Positions 9,717 through 20,486 of a stretch of 64,000 bases of DNA are shown here, one piece after another. The position numbers and the translations under genes were made by a program. How positions within the stretch are numbered: position 1 is the stretch's first letter; each line of letters opens with the position of its first letter. The notes under the pieces are model-generated. The model did no database searches, was not told the DNA's origin, and saw nothing but the letters and a program-made list of their open reading frames with translations. The stretch lies in assembly GCA_036746835.1 (NCBI GenBank), contig DAIODM010000002.1, positions 37,527 through 101,526 on the forward strand, written 5' to 3'. This DNA comes from Candidatus Onthovivens sp. (GTDB lineage: Bacteria; Bacillota_I; Bacilli_A; RFN20; CAG-826).

Positions 9717-10359
9717 GTAATGTTTCCTTAGTTTTTTCTACAACACAACGATTAATCTTCAATCCAGCTTCTCTAAATTTGTGTTCGAATTCGGTTTCAG
9801 CATCAAATTCACTTAATCCATTATACTCTTTATCACTCGATAAAATCTTCCATTTATATAAAGCATAATTCTCTAAAGAAAAGTTGAATAAATCAATATT
9901 GTCAGTTTTTTGATAAATCTTACCTTCGTCTTTTAAAATAAAAGCGTAAGAAATCAAGAATCTTGAACTGGTTAATCGACGATTTTCATGCTTATGTTTT
10001 GGCCAAGGATCACTGAAATTAAGGAAAATTCCTTCGATTGATTTTGGACCTATTTGATCAACAAAACGATAAAAATCTCCTGCAACTAATTTAACGTTTG
10101 TTAATTTTGATTCATCAATTCGTTTTAAACAAATTCCCGCAACAGTTTTATTGAGTTCAATTACAATAAAATTATAATTTGGATTTTTTGCTGCCATTGA
10201 AATAATAAAATCACCTTTTCCAGGACCTATTTCAATAAATGTAGGCTTTTCACTAAGAAAAGAAGACAATTTTTGTTTGTCTTCTACAAATAAATCAAAT
10301 TGATTTTCTTTACTTGTTAGTAAATAATCAACAGCCCATCTTTTAAACTTGACACGCAT
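9676..10359 (-). CDS. trmB: tRNA (guanine46-N7)-methyltransferase
   Basis: SAM motif IEIGPGKGDF and DPWPKHKHENRRL. Confidence 0.85.
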   Translation of the reverse strand: MRVKFKRWAVDYLLTSKENQFDLFVEDKQKLSSFLSEKPTFIEIGPGKGDFIISMAAKNPNYNFIVIELNKTVAGICLKRIDESKLTNVKLVAGDFYRFVDQIGPKSIEGIFLNFSDPWPKHKHENRRLTSSRFLISYAFILKDEGKIYQKTDNIDLFNFSLENYALYKWKILSSDKEYNGLSEFDAETEFEHKFREAGLKINRCVVEKTKETLLEEIKDHEVRNIL

Positions 10360-11720
10360 TATCTAATTTTACCTAATGAAGCAATTGCATCAGCATAAAG
10401 AGGCATACTTGTATAAAAATCTTCTAAATCAATCTTCTCATCAGGTGAATGAATATAATCTTCTTTGCCTGGGAAATGACTACCGAAAGCAACAACATTT
10501 AAGCATTCTTTTGCGTAAGTTCCACCGCCAATAGTCATAGGTTTATTCTTAGTATCACCAGTTTCACGAACATAAACATCAGCTAAAACCTTAATAAATT
10601 CTGTCTTATTTGGATCAAAATATAAAACTCTTTCATCTTCACCAGCTTCTAACTTTAAAGTAGTCTTTGATTGAATACGATTTAAAAGTTCAGTGCTATC
10701 GATTCCTTCTGGATATCTAAAGTTAATAGTTGCTCTAAATAAACCTTCGCTATATTTAAGAATACCTAAATTAAAGGTAGTAATTCCTAAATATTTAGTT
10801 TCGTGACATTCACCAATTCCTCGACCATTATAATCTTTGAATTGTGCAACAAATTTAATTAAATCAGGATTCTTATAAACTTCAGCTAAAGCAACAAGTA
10901 AATTCATACCTGCATTAATACCTTTTTCAGGCATTGATCCGTGAGCGGATTTACCAATAAATTTAATTGTTAAGAAATCTCCATCTTCTTTTAAAACTTT
11001 ATAAGCCACTTCTTTATGTGCTTTTAAGTAATCTAATAAACCATTAGCATTGCTTAAAATTACAGTTGCAGAATCAATAACAGCATTTGGAGCAACACCA
11101 GCATCAATTGAAATAACTGGAGAAAGATCAAGCATTCCAACTAAATCAAAATCTCTAATACCTTTTTCACCATAAATTAAAGGGAAATCTCCATCAGGAG
11201 TAAATCCAAATTCTGGTTGTGGTTTCTTTAAGTTATTGAAGTAATATTTTAAACAGCTACTACCTCTTTCTTCATCACCACCAAGAACAAGTTTAACTTT
11301 ATATCCTTTAATTAAACCTTTATCTTTTAAAAGTTTTAATGCGTAATATGCAGCAATTGCTGGACCTTTATCATCACTAGTTCCACGACCATAAACTTTG
11401 CCATCATGAATTTCAGCACCGAATGGAGGATAAGTCCAATCGCCACTAATTGGAACAACATCTAAGTGAGCAAAAATACCAATTGTTTTTCCTTCAGTTC
11501 CAGTACTAATTTCAATACAATGACCATCACACATATCAACATCAAATCCATCTTTAGTTGCAAGTTCTTCCATAAACTTGAAAGCTAAACGAACACCTCT
11601 TCCATAAGGGGTCATTTTAGTAATTGTTTTCTCATCGTAAACACTGTTAATTTGAATAATTTTTTGAAGAGTTGAAAGTGCCTCTTCGTGATATTTTTCA
11701 CATTCTTTTTTAAAATCCAT
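10359..11720 (-). CDS. pepV: M20-family dipeptidase (PepV / Xaa-His dipeptidase-like)
   Basis: GIFAHLDVVP...GRGTSDDKGP metal-binding motifs. About 450 aa. Confidence 0.8.
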   Translation of the reverse strand: MDFKKECEKYHEEALSTLQKIIQINSVYDEKTITKMTPYGRGVRLAFKFMEELATKDGFDVDMCDGHCIEISTGTEGKTIGIFAHLDVVPISGDWTYPPFGAEIHDGKVYGRGTSDDKGPAIAAYYALKLLKDKGLIKGYKVKLVLGGDEERGSSCLKYYFNNLKKPQPEFGFTPDGDFPLIYGEKGIRDFDLVGMLDLSPVISIDAGVAPNAVIDSATVILSNANGLLDYLKAHKEVAYKVLKEDGDFLTIKFIGKSAHGSMPEKGINAGMNLLVALAEVYKNPDLIKFVAQFKDYNGRGIGECHETKYLGITTFNLGILKYSEGLFRATINFRYPEGIDSTELLNRIQSKTTLKLEAGEDERVLYFDPNKTEFIKVLADVYVRETGDTKNKPMTIGGGTYAKECLNVVAFGSHFPGKEDYIHSPDEKIDLEDFYTSMPLYADAIASLGKIR

Positions 11721-11761
11721 ATAGTATACCTCCTGTTTTGTATATAGTTTGAATTTTTAAC

Positions 11762-12424
11762 CTATTTTTGAGTTGTATCTTCTTCAATTATTGGTTCTTT
11801 ACCTTTACGAATATTATAGATTATTAAGTAAATAGTTGGTACAAGAATAATACTTAAAACTATTTCACCAACACTCCCTAAAGCAACAAAACTACCTAGG
11901 AAAATCCATATATTTGGATAACTTGCGTTTAAATTTTTGATAATCTCATCTAGTCCAAGTAAAGAAGATGAAATTTTAAAGATATCTAAAATTCCAAAAA
12001 CATACAAACAAAGTAAAGTTAAAATTGTATGCATAAAGGTTAAAGCACCTGTTAAAGGATAAATAACCCCTACAAAGACCTTATGTTTTAATTTCTTTTT
12101 TAAAAAATCATATAGTAAACCGCTTATAAGTCCAAAAAGAAAACGAGGTAAAATGCTTACAAATGGATTTACAAAAAGATAATCAATGGTTGATGGAAAA
12201 CTCATCGCTTTAAAGAAACTTAATAAACCAAAAGCGAAACCAGTAACTGCACCTGTTTGCCATCCACCTATTAAAGCACCAAGCAAAACAAAAACATGAA
12301 CATCTGTAAATGAAATTGGACCAAGCGTAATGTAACCAATATTAGGAACAAAAGAAAATAAAGCAATTAAAGCGATTAAGATAGCATTTAAGGTTATTTG
12401 CCTAATTATTTTTTGATTTTTCAT
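11762..12424 (-). CDS. ECF-transporter S component, probably pantothenate (PanT-like)
   Basis: A six-TM small integral membrane protein lying immediately upstream of coaX. Confidence 0.5.
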   Translation of the reverse strand: MKNQKIIRQITLNAILIALIALFSFVPNIGYITLGPISFTDVHVFVLLGALIGGWQTGAVTGFAFGLLSFFKAMSFPSTIDYLFVNPFVSILPRFLFGLISGLLYDFLKKKLKHKVFVGVIYPLTGALTFMHTILTLLCLYVFGILDIFKISSSLLGLDEIIKNLNASYPNIWIFLGSFVALGSVGEIVLSIILVPTIYLIIYNIRKGKEPIIEEDTTQK

Positions 12425-12425
12425 A

Positions 12426-13172
12426 TTATTTGTTTAACTTATAAATCTCATATAAGCCTTCAAGAACAATATTTGGCTCATAATGATAGCAGACTACTTG
12501 ATCCTTAATGACACTACTAAAGCCACCGGTTAATACACGATCAAGTTCATAACCGAGTTCTCGTTCCATTCTTCTTGCAAATTCACTAATCATAAAAGCT
12601 TGGCCATAGACAATTCCAGATTGAATACATTCTTTGGTATTTTTAGAAATTACTTTTTGAGGAGCTTCAATTGGAGTTGTCATAAGTTGAGCTGTTCGAC
12701 TGACAAGTGCTTCCATATTAATTCGCATCCCGCTTGAAATCATTCCACCAATATAATTACCATTTTTATCAATGACATACATTTTAGTAGCTGTCCCTAA
12801 ATCAGCGACAACTAATGGATATTTGTATTTATGAAGAGCACCAACTGCACCACAAAGTAAATCGGCTCCAAGTTCTCCTGGATTATCGATTTTTAAACAT
12901 AATTTTGTCTTTAAATTTTTATTAACAACTAAAGCATCAACCCCATAAACAATTTTTAATGCTTCAACTAATTCTCGCGTAAGAAGCGGAACAACACTTG
13001 AAATAATTGCCCCATCACACTTATTAATTTTAATGAGTTCTTTAATTTCTGTGGCATACTCATCACTGCTTTTATTAAGATTTGTTTTAATTTTGTAGAC
13101 GCTTTTAAGTGAGTCGCCTTCAAAAACACCAATCTTAATTAAAGTATTTCCACAATCAATAGTTAATACCAT
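12426..13172 (-). CDS. coaX: Type III pantothenate kinase
   Basis: MVLTIDCGNTLIKIGVF... with an ASKHA-fold and two DxGxT-like motifs. Confidence 0.85.
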   Translation of the reverse strand: MVLTIDCGNTLIKIGVFEGDSLKSVYKIKTNLNKSSDEYATEIKELIKINKCDGAIISSVVPLLTRELVEALKIVYGVDALVVNKNLKTKLCLKIDNPGELGADLLCGAVGALHKYKYPLVVADLGTATKMYVIDKNGNYIGGMISSGMRINMEALVSRTAQLMTTPIEAPQKVISKNTKECIQSGIVYGQAFMISEFARRMERELGYELDRVLTGGFSSVIKDQVVCYHYEPNIVLEGLYEIYKLNK

Positions 13173-13232
13173 AACTAATCCTTTCTACAATCCCAAATGG
13201 GTATCGTGAACACCAATAATATAAACTAGAAA

Positions 13233-15377
13233 CTACTTATTATCAACTTGCTTAATTGATAAACTGATTCGCTTTTTTGCAACATCTACACCAATTACTT
13301 TAACTTTAACTATATCGTTAACATTAAATAATTCTGCAGGATCTTTTACAAAATGGTTGGCAAGTTCACTAATATGAACGAGTCCATCTTGGTGAACATT
13401 GATATCAACAAAAATACCAAAATCCATAATATTACGAACAGTACCATTTAAAATCATTCCTACTTTAAGATCTTTAATATCTTTAACATCGTTATTAAGT
13501 TCAACAAGTTTAACTTCATCACGAATATCTCTACCAGGTTTTTTAAGTTCTTCAATAATATCATCAAGAGTTTCTTTTCCAACTGTATTGTTCTTTAAGA
13601 AATCATTTTCGTTAAAATTGCTTAATTTCTCTAAACGAACATCATTTGAATCACTCTTTAGATCAATGTTACAAAGTTTTAAAACTTTGGTAGCAATCTC
13701 ATAACTTTCAGGGTGAACACTTGTGTTATCTAGTGGATTCTTACCATCAATAATACGTAAGAAACCTGCACATTGTTCAAAAGCTTTGGCACCCATTCCC
13801 TTGACTTCCATCAATTCTTCACGACTTGTAAAAGCCTTTTTAATACGATAACTATATATATTCTTGGCTAAAGTTTTACTAATACCAGAAACATAATTTA
13901 ATAAACTGACACTTGCACTATTTAAATTTATACCAACACTATTAACAGCATCTTCAACAACTGTAGTTAAACTAAAATCAAGTTTTTTAGTATCCATATC
14001 ATGTTGATATTGACCAACTCCAATTGCTTTTGGATCAATTTTAACAAGTTCAGCAAGTGGGTCTTGAACACGTCTAGCAAGTGAAATTGCACTACGTTCT
14101 TCAACATTTAGCTTTGGAAATTCTTCTTCGCCTAATTTTGAAGCACTATAAACAGAAGCACCGCTTTCATTAACAATAAAAATCTTTGTCGCAAATTTAT
14201 TATCAGTGATAAGTTTGTTTAAAACGACTTCTGATTCTCTTGAAGCAGTTCCATTTCCTAAGGCAATATAATCAATTTTATTTTTAGTTAAAACTGATTT
14301 AAGTTCCTCAATTGAACGCGTAACTTCCGCTTCACTATTGGCTGTTATAAATGAGTGACCAATCAATAATGGTGTACCATTTTTATCAACAAGAGCATAT
14401 TTGCAACCAGTTCTAAAACCAGGATCAAATCCTAAGATTGTTTTTCCTTTTACTGGTGGATACATCAATAATTGATAAAGATTTTTCTTAAAAACTTCAA
14501 TAGATTTATCTTCAGCTTTGCTAAATAAATCAGCACGAATTTCATTTTCAACTGAAGGTAAAATTAATCTAGATAAACTATCATCAATCGCTTTATGAAG
14601 AAGATCTTTATATAAATCCTTTTTAATTACATCATTAGAAATATGGTCATTAATCACATTATCATGGTAATCAAATTTAACACGAAGACACTTTTCTTGT
14701 TCGCCACGGTTAATAGCTAATATTCTATGAGCAGGAATAGTTTTAACAGCTTCCTTATAATCTACATACATTTGATAAGTATCTTTTTCATCTTTAGCAA
14801 TTTCTTTAGTTGTAATTAATCCATTGTTATAGATAAACAATTTAATATAAGTTCGATAATCAGCAACATCACTAATGTCTTCACTAATAATATCTAAAGC
14901 ACCTTGAATTGCTTCTTCTTTAGTAGTTACTTTTTTCTCAGGATTAATAAAAGAAGCCACATATGTATCGAAATTTGCAACTGGAAGTTGTTCAAAAATA
15001 GTTTTCGCAAGTGGCGCTAATCCTTTTTCTTTAGCCATTGAACCACGAGTTTTCTTCTTTGGTTTATATGGTCGATAAAGATCTTCAAGTTCGCTTAAAG
15101 TATTAACATTTAAAATCTTTTCTTTAAGTTCATCAGTTAACTTTCCTTGCTCGGAAATTGATTTAATTACTGTATCAATTCTTTCGCTCAAATTTCTTAA
15201 ATAAATCAAACGTTCTTCTAAATTACGTAAATCAACATCGGTTAAATTACCAGTTGCTTCTTTTCTATAACGAGCAATAAAAGGAACGGTATTTCCTTCA
15301 TCTAAAAGTTTAACTGCACTATTAACACTAGTGAGTTTAAGATTTAATTCATCACTTATTCTTTGATTAATATCCAT
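13233..15377 (-). CDS. tex: Transcription accessory protein Tex (YqgF/HhH/S1 domains)
   Basis: 714 aa with a C-terminal S1 domain (GMILNGTVRNIMDFGIFVDI) and Tex-like N-terminal domains. Confidence 0.85.
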   Translation of the reverse strand: MDINQRISDELNLKLTSVNSAVKLLDEGNTVPFIARYRKEATGNLTDVDLRNLEERLIYLRNLSERIDTVIKSISEQGKLTDELKEKILNVNTLSELEDLYRPYKPKKKTRGSMAKEKGLAPLAKTIFEQLPVANFDTYVASFINPEKKVTTKEEAIQGALDIISEDISDVADYRTYIKLFIYNNGLITTKEIAKDEKDTYQMYVDYKEAVKTIPAHRILAINRGEQEKCLRVKFDYHDNVINDHISNDVIKKDLYKDLLHKAIDDSLSRLILPSVENEIRADLFSKAEDKSIEVFKKNLYQLLMYPPVKGKTILGFDPGFRTGCKYALVDKNGTPLLIGHSFITANSEAEVTRSIEELKSVLTKNKIDYIALGNGTASRESEVVLNKLITDNKFATKIFIVNESGASVYSASKLGEEEFPKLNVEERSAISLARRVQDPLAELVKIDPKAIGVGQYQHDMDTKKLDFSLTTVVEDAVNSVGINLNSASVSLLNYVSGISKTLAKNIYSYRIKKAFTSREELMEVKGMGAKAFEQCAGFLRIIDGKNPLDNTSVHPESYEIATKVLKLCNIDLKSDSNDVRLEKLSNFNENDFLKNNTVGKETLDDIIEELKKPGRDIRDEVKLVELNNDVKDIKDLKVGMILNGTVRNIMDFGIFVDINVHQDGLVHISELANHFVKDPAELFNVNDIVKVKVIGVDVAKKRISLSIKQVDNK

Positions 15378-15378
15378 A

Positions 15379-17781
15379 TTAAATTGCTACGATATTAACG
15401 ATTCTGTTCTTAACAACAATAATCTTTTTAATATCTTTTCCTTCCGTAAAGCGTTTAACATTTTCTTGTGATAAAGCAATTGCTTTAACACTTTCATCAT
15501 CCAAGTCTTTATCAACTTCAATAGTTTCACGAAGTTTACCATTAACTTGAACCGCCATCTTAACCTTCGTTAAAACAAGTTTAGCTTCATCATATGTTGG
15601 CCATTTTTCATAGGTAATAAGCTCTTTATGACCAAGCATTGACCAAATTTCTTCACCAACAAATGGGCAAATACAATCGAACATTTTAATGAAATTCTCT
15701 AAATAAACTTTATAAATTTCATTAGCTTTATAAACTTCATTAATAAAAATCATCATTTGTGAAATTGCAGTATTAAATTGTAATGTCTCAAAATCATTAG
15801 TTACTTTTTTAACAGTATAGTTATAAACATAATCTAATTCACCATCATTTGTATCTTTAAATTTAGAAGTGAAAGCTTCATCTTCAAATAAACGATAAAT
15901 ACGATCAATAAATCGTTTACTACCTTCAAGACCAGTTGTACTCCATGGTAAAGAAGCCTCTAAAGGACCCATAAACATTTCGTATAATCTTAAAGCATCT
16001 GCACCATATTTTTTAACGATTAAATCAGGATTAATAACGTTTCCTCTTGATTTAGACATTTTTTCACCATTTTCACCTAAAATCATTCCTTGGTGGAATA
16101 ATTTTTTGAATGGTTCTTTGCAACTAACTACTCCTTCATCATAAAGGAATTTATGCCAGAAACGTGCATATAATAAGTGCAAAACAGCATGCTCTTGACC
16201 ACCAACATAAAGATCAACTGGTAACCAGTGATCTAATAATTTCTTATCAGCGATTTCCTTATCATTATGTGGGTCAATATAACGCATATAATACCAACAG
16301 CTTCCAGCCCATTGAGGCATTGTGTTAGTTTCACGTTTTGCTTTCTTTCCATCAACCGTAATATTTACCCAAGTATCAAGTTTTGAAAGTGGAGATTCTC
16401 CATTTCCTGATGGTTTATATTCATCCATTTCAGGTAAAACAAGAGGTAATTCACTATCTTTTACTCTACCTAAAGTTCCATCTTCAAATTGATAAATTGG
16501 AATTGGTTCACCCCAATATCTTTGACGTGAGAATAACCAATCACGTAATTTATAATTGACAGTAAAGTCACCTTTTTTCTCTTCTAGCAATTTCTTAGTA
16601 ATAGCAATCTTTGCATCTTTAATATTCATCCCATTAACAAAATCACTATTAATGTGTTTGCCATCTTGAGTATATGCTTCACTAGAAACATCACTTTCAA
16701 TAACCTTTTGAATTTTTAGACCATATTTTTTAGCAAACGCATAATCTCTATCATCATGAGCAGGAACTGCCATAACAGCTCCACTTCCATAAGATGCTAA
16801 AACATAATCTGCAACCCAAATAGGAACAATCGCTTTGTTGATAGGATTAATTGCATAACTTCCTGTAAAAACACCTGTCTTATCTTTATTTAATTCAGTA
16901 CGATCCATATCACTCTTGTGGCTTGATACTTCAACATACTTCTCAACTTCTGCTTTATGTTCTTTAGTAGTGATCTTCTTAACAAGAGGATGTTCAGGTG
17001 CTAAACAACAATATGAGCAACCAAATAAAGTATCAGCACGAGTAGTAAAAACATCAAAAGTGTCATCACTATCTTTAATCTTAAAGGTAATGACTGTTCC
17101 TTGTGATTTTCCAATCCAATTACGTTGCATATCAACGGTAGAGGCTGGCCAATCAACTAAAGATAAATCTTCAGCTAATTTATCAGCATAAGCTGTAATT
17201 TTTAAAACCCATTGACGCATTGGCATACGAATAACTGGATATCCACCACGTTCACTCTTGCCATCAATAACTTCTTCATTCGCCAAAACAGTTCCAAGTT
17301 CAGGACAAAAATTAACAGGTTTAAAATCAACATAAGCTAAGCCTTTATCAAACATTTTAAGGAAGATCCATTGTGTCCATTTATAGTAACTTGGATCACA
17401 TGTAGTGACTTCTCGATCATAATCATAAGAAAAGCCAAGCATTTGAATTTGTCTTCTAAAATTATCAATATTAGCCTTAGTAAAATTCCAAGGATGTTCA
17501 TTCATTTTAATCGAATATTGTTCAGCTGGTAAACCAAAAGCATCCCAACCAATTGGGTGTAAAACATTGAACCCTTGCATTCTTTTCATTCTTGCCATTA
17601 TATCTGTTGCTGTATATCCTTCAGGATGTCCAACGTGTAAACCTTGGCCTGATGGATATGGGAACATATCTAGAGCATAGTATTTTGGTTTACTAAAATC
17701 ACTTGTGTCGCAGGCATAAGACTTATTATCAACCCAATATTTACTCCATTTTTTTTCAACATTTTCAAAATCGTAACTCAT
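15379..17781 (-). CDS. leuS: Leucine--tRNA ligase
   Basis: HIGH region ([14 protein letters not shown]), KMSKS, and an editing domain. 800 aa. Confidence 0.93.
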   Translation of the reverse strand: MSYDFENVEKKWSKYWVDNKSYACDTSDFSKPKYYALDMFPYPSGQGLHVGHPEGYTATDIMARMKRMQGFNVLHPIGWDAFGLPAEQYSIKMNEHPWNFTKANIDNFRRQIQMLGFSYDYDREVTTCDPSYYKWTQWIFLKMFDKGLAYVDFKPVNFCPELGTVLANEEVIDGKSERGGYPVIRMPMRQWVLKITAYADKLAEDLSLVDWPASTVDMQRNWIGKSQGTVITFKIKDSDDTFDVFTTRADTLFGCSYCCLAPEHPLVKKITTKEHKAEVEKYVEVSSHKSDMDRTELNKDKTGVFTGSYAINPINKAIVPIWVADYVLASYGSGAVMAVPAHDDRDYAFAKKYGLKIQKVIESDVSSEAYTQDGKHINSDFVNGMNIKDAKIAITKKLLEEKKGDFTVNYKLRDWLFSRQRYWGEPIPIYQFEDGTLGRVKDSELPLVLPEMDEYKPSGNGESPLSKLDTWVNITVDGKKAKRETNTMPQWAGSCWYYMRYIDPHNDKEIADKKLLDHWLPVDLYVGGQEHAVLHLLYARFWHKFLYDEGVVSCKEPFKKLFHQGMILGENGEKMSKSRGNVINPDLIVKKYGADALRLYEMFMGPLEASLPWSTTGLEGSKRFIDRIYRLFEDEAFTSKFKDTNDGELDYVYNYTVKKVTNDFETLQFNTAISQMMIFINEVYKANEIYKVYLENFIKMFDCICPFVGEEIWSMLGHKELITYEKWPTYDEAKLVLTKVKMAVQVNGKLRETIEVDKDLDDESVKAIALSQENVKRFTEGKDIKKIIVVKNRIVNIVAI

Positions 17782-17785
17782 ATTT

Positions 17786-18010
17786 CTTTCTCCTATAAAA
17801 AAACGTCCTTAAATAATTTAAGGACGTGATTAACGTGGTACCACCTTAATTTGCTTATTAATTTAATAAGCACACTCATTGTATCTAAACAACAAATGGT
17901 GAGATTTTATTAAATATTATTAGTTTACACCAACCACTAATTCTCTATAAAATATCTAACAAATTAATCCATCTTTTAGATTTAATAATAATAACATAAT
18001 TTAAAAATAA
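17786..18010 (-). promoter_or_regulatory. T-box riboswitch leader of leuS (stem I with AGAGA, T-box AAUUAAGGUGGUACCACG, terminator acgtccttaaattatttaaggacgt + U-run)
   Basis: The minus-strand sequence carries the conserved T-box 14-mer GGTGGTACCACG overlapping the 5' arm of a strong terminator. A candidate specifier CUA (Leu) lies in a GUAAACUAAUAA loop. Confidence 0.8.
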
Positions 18011-18015
18011 TTAGT

Positions 18016-18044
18016 AGTATATGCGTTCTTTTTAAACAGTTGAA
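18016..18044 (-). promoter_or_regulatory. sigma-A-type promoter for the leuS T-box leader (-35 TTCAAC, 17-nt spacer, -10 TATACT)
   Basis: Read directly on the minus strand, with TSS-appropriate spacing to the start of the T-box. Confidence 0.5.
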
Positions 18045-18059
18045 GAACTGTGATACCTA

Positions 18060-18902
18060 TTATTTTCTAATTTCTATAACACCACTACAAGGATAGACAG
18101 GATCTTCTTTAATAATTTCTCCTACACTATCACAAATAATTTTTCCACTTAATGGGTTCTTAATCGAATCGACTTTCCCAATAATATTTGCATCAACATC
18201 GCTATATTCAAAGGCTAAATCACAATCTTCCATTGTGCAATTTATAAGCTTTAAATTCTTACAATAGCAAAGTGGTTGATGACTAATAATCTTACAATTA
18301 ATTAATGTCAAACCATCACTAAACCACGCAAGATACTCGCCTTTAATAATTGAATTTTTGACAGTAACATTTTTGGAATGCCAGAAAGTATCCTTAGTAT
18401 CTAAAGTTGAATCATCAATCGTCATATTCTCAACATATTGAAAACTATATTTGCCATTAAATGTAAGTTTTTGAATGTTAATATTTTTTGATTTTAGAAA
18501 GATATATTCACTAACAATTGTGCTATCGCTTACTTGAATTCCATCAGTCATCCAGCCAACTTCAGCTGATTCAATTTTGCAATTTTTTATCGAAACATTT
18601 TTGCATTCACGAAGAAATTTTGTCCCCTTAATCGTGGAGTTTATAATTTCTCCATCAAAATCATACCAAAAAGGAGCTCTCGTTTTTTCATCAAAACTAG
18701 AATCTATTATTTTAAAATTGTGTGCATGCCAAACTGGATATCTTAATGAAAATGTAGAGTTTTTAACCACTACATTTCTCGTTTCTTTTAAAACAGATTC
18801 ACCATCCAAAGCTCCTGCAAAAACACAACTTTCAACTTCTGTATCTTTTAAATTATATAATGCTCTTTCTTCTGAATAAGTCTTATTAACTATTTTTTCC
18901 AT
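18060..18902 (-). CDS. DUF3737-like protein with internal parallel-beta-helix-type repeats
   Basis: Repeated N-x-(T/S)-(I/V)-x-N-(C/S) segments (VVVKNSTF, VSIKNCKI, VTVKNSII, LKLINCTM). No signal peptide. Confidence 0.45.
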   Translation of the reverse strand: MEKIVNKTYSEERALYNLKDTEVESCVFAGALDGESVLKETRNVVVKNSTFSLRYPVWHAHNFKIIDSSFDEKTRAPFWYDFDGEIINSTIKGTKFLRECKNVSIKNCKIESAEVGWMTDGIQVSDSTIVSEYIFLKSKNINIQKLTFNGKYSFQYVENMTIDDSTLDTKDTFWHSKNVTVKNSIIKGEYLAWFSDGLTLINCKIISHQPLCYCKNLKLINCTMEDCDLAFEYSDVDANIIGKVDSIKNPLSGKIICDSVGEIIKEDPVYPCSGVIEIRK

Positions 18903-19272
18903 TTTTTGAATTTTCTATTGCACAACACAACTTATCATAATTTTCAATTTTGAAATCTAATCGTTCTAAAGTTGCTTTCATCTCTTTGATTTGTTTGCGC
19001 AAAATTTCCCTTTCATCCATCAAAAGTTGTCTACGCTCAAGGAGAGTAGAATCACCTTTTTTAAAAAGTTCCATATATTTTTGTAAGAAATCTATTGATA
19101 ATCCAGCATTTCTCATGCATTTAATAAACTCAATAGTTTTACAATTTTCTTCATCATAATCACGAAGACCACTGCTTTTTCTTGGAACACCATTAATTAA
19201 TCCGATACGTTCGTACCAACGAAGGGTATCAGTTGTAATATCATATTTTTTACTGACTTCTGAAATGGTCAT
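18886..19272 (-). CDS. MerR-family transcriptional regulator
   Basis: N-terminal HTH MTISEVSKKYDITTDTLRWYERIGLI and a C-terminal coiled-coil. It overlaps the downstream DUF3737 gene by 17 nt. Confidence 0.8.
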   Translation of the reverse strand: MTISEVSKKYDITTDTLRWYERIGLINGVPRKSSGLRDYDEENCKTIEFIKCMRNAGLSIDFLQKYMELFKKGDSTLLERRQLLMDEREILRKQIKEMKATLERLDFKIENYDKLCCAIENSKNGKNS

Positions 19273-19322
19273 AATTTACCTCCAAAGATATAATAAACCT
19301 TAGAGTTTACTCTAAGTCAACT

Positions 19323-19922
19323 CTAATACAAAATAGTTGTTGAATAAACAATATCGCTTTTATCTTGAATTTTAAATTCTTCAAAATATTTATTTTCAAA
19401 AGGAATCCATTTCTTCGTAAAATTTTCAATCTTGTCTTCGCCTTCACGAATAAATAAACGGTTATATTGAACTACTTTACTGACACTAACAAAGATTGCT
19501 AAATCATAGTATTTACCAAAATAAGGATGCAATGCGTAACTTCCTTCAATAATAGTTATTTGATTTTTATTTATTTGAGGTAAAGACACAAAAGTATTAT
19601 TACGACAATCATATCGTGAAAAGTTAAGTGTTGGCTCACTTAATTTATCGATTACTTCATTCTTTAGACGAACATAATCGATATTTCCACCAATTTCTTT
19701 TGATCTTTTTTTACATCTTAAAGCACTTGGAAGATAAAAATCATCTGTATGAATCAAGTTACAAACAAACTCTTTTGCTAAAGTTTCTCCAAGTAAAGTT
19801 TTACCACTTCCGCTCATTCCATCAATAGCAATAATAATTTGCTTATTTTGGTGAATCAATTCATTTATATGCTCAGCTATTACATTAATATTAGTTGTTA
19901 CTATCATCTTTTTTGTCCTCAT
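19323..19922 (-). CDS. Uridine-kinase-family P-loop kinase
   Basis: Walker A IAIDGMSGSGKT followed by HTDDFY, the PRK/uridine kinase signature. Confidence 0.55.
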   Translation of the reverse strand: MRTKKMIVTTNINVIAEHINELIHQNKQIIIAIDGMSGSGKTLLGETLAKEFVCNLIHTDDFYLPSALRCKKRSKEIGGNIDYVRLKNEVIDKLSEPTLNFSRYDCRNNTFVSLPQINKNQITIIEGSYALHPYFGKYYDLAIFVSVSKVVQYNRLFIREGEDKIENFTKKWIPFENKYFEEFKIQDKSDIVYSTTILY

Positions 19923-20484
19923 GATAAATCATATATTTATCGAGTATATTCAATTTTTCTAACAAGAAGATTATTGCTGGAATTAAGATTAATTGCAAAA
20001 TAATTCCTGGATACGCAGTTAAAAAAGCTCCTGCTAAAAACATTGAAAAAGTAAATCCACTAGGAGAAGAAAGACCCATAAAGTAACGAGTAATTCCCCA
20101 AGCTGCTCTACCTAAAATCATCGCACTAATTAAAGTTATATAAATTGAAAGCAATAAATTTAATTTTGCTTTTCTATAAAGTAAATTGAAAAATAGGCCA
20201 CTAGTTAATCCATAAATTCCAAGTTCAGCCGACATCGATAAAGAAATTGTGTAAATTGGTGGCATACCAAAAATTAAAGTTCTTGTTAAAGGCGTTACAA
20301 TACCTAAAATAAGACCATAATAAGGACCTAAAACGAACCCACCAATAATGACTGGAATATGCATTGGAAGAAGCATTGATCCAATCTCAGGAATTTGCCC
20401 CGTAAGCAATGGTAAAAGCCAACCCAAAGCTAAAAACATTGCAAAAATGGTAATCTTTGTAATTGCTATTCTTGTTTTAGTCAT
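19891..20484 (-). CDS. ECF-transporter S component-like integral membrane protein
   Basis: About 190 aa and six TM segments, with an LLPMHIPVIIGG motif. It overlaps the kinase gene by 32 nt. Confidence 0.5.
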   Translation of the reverse strand: MTKTRIAITKITIFAMFLALGWLLPLLTGQIPEIGSMLLPMHIPVIIGGFVLGPYYGLILGIVTPLTRTLIFGMPPIYTISLSMSAELGIYGLTSGLFFNLLYRKAKLNLLLSIYITLISAMILGRAAWGITRYFMGLSSPSGFTFSMFLAGAFLTAYPGIILQLILIPAIIFLLEKLNILDKYMIYHEDKKDDSNN

Positions 20485-20486
20485 AA

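Noticed and set aside
13399-13704. Antisense ORF within tex, and similar antisense ORFs (16916..17191 in leuS, 18577..18879, 18950..19159, 19628..19828, 20808..20990, 23901..24437, 25884..27146, 32316..32546, 33258..33446, 37838..38615, 42393..42581, 43597..43830, 44645..44836, 46161..46343, 47184..47417, 52949..53179, 55900..56160, 59795..60109, 62057..62260)
   Set aside because: All lie inside, and out of frame or antisense to, longer well-supported genes. Such ORFs are expected by chance in AT-rich DNA.
18037-18054. Inverted repeat ACAGTT-cttc-AACTGT just after the DUF3737 stop, as a terminator
   Set aside because: No T-run follows on either strand, and it overlaps the -35 of the leuS leader promoter. 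It probably has no terminator function.
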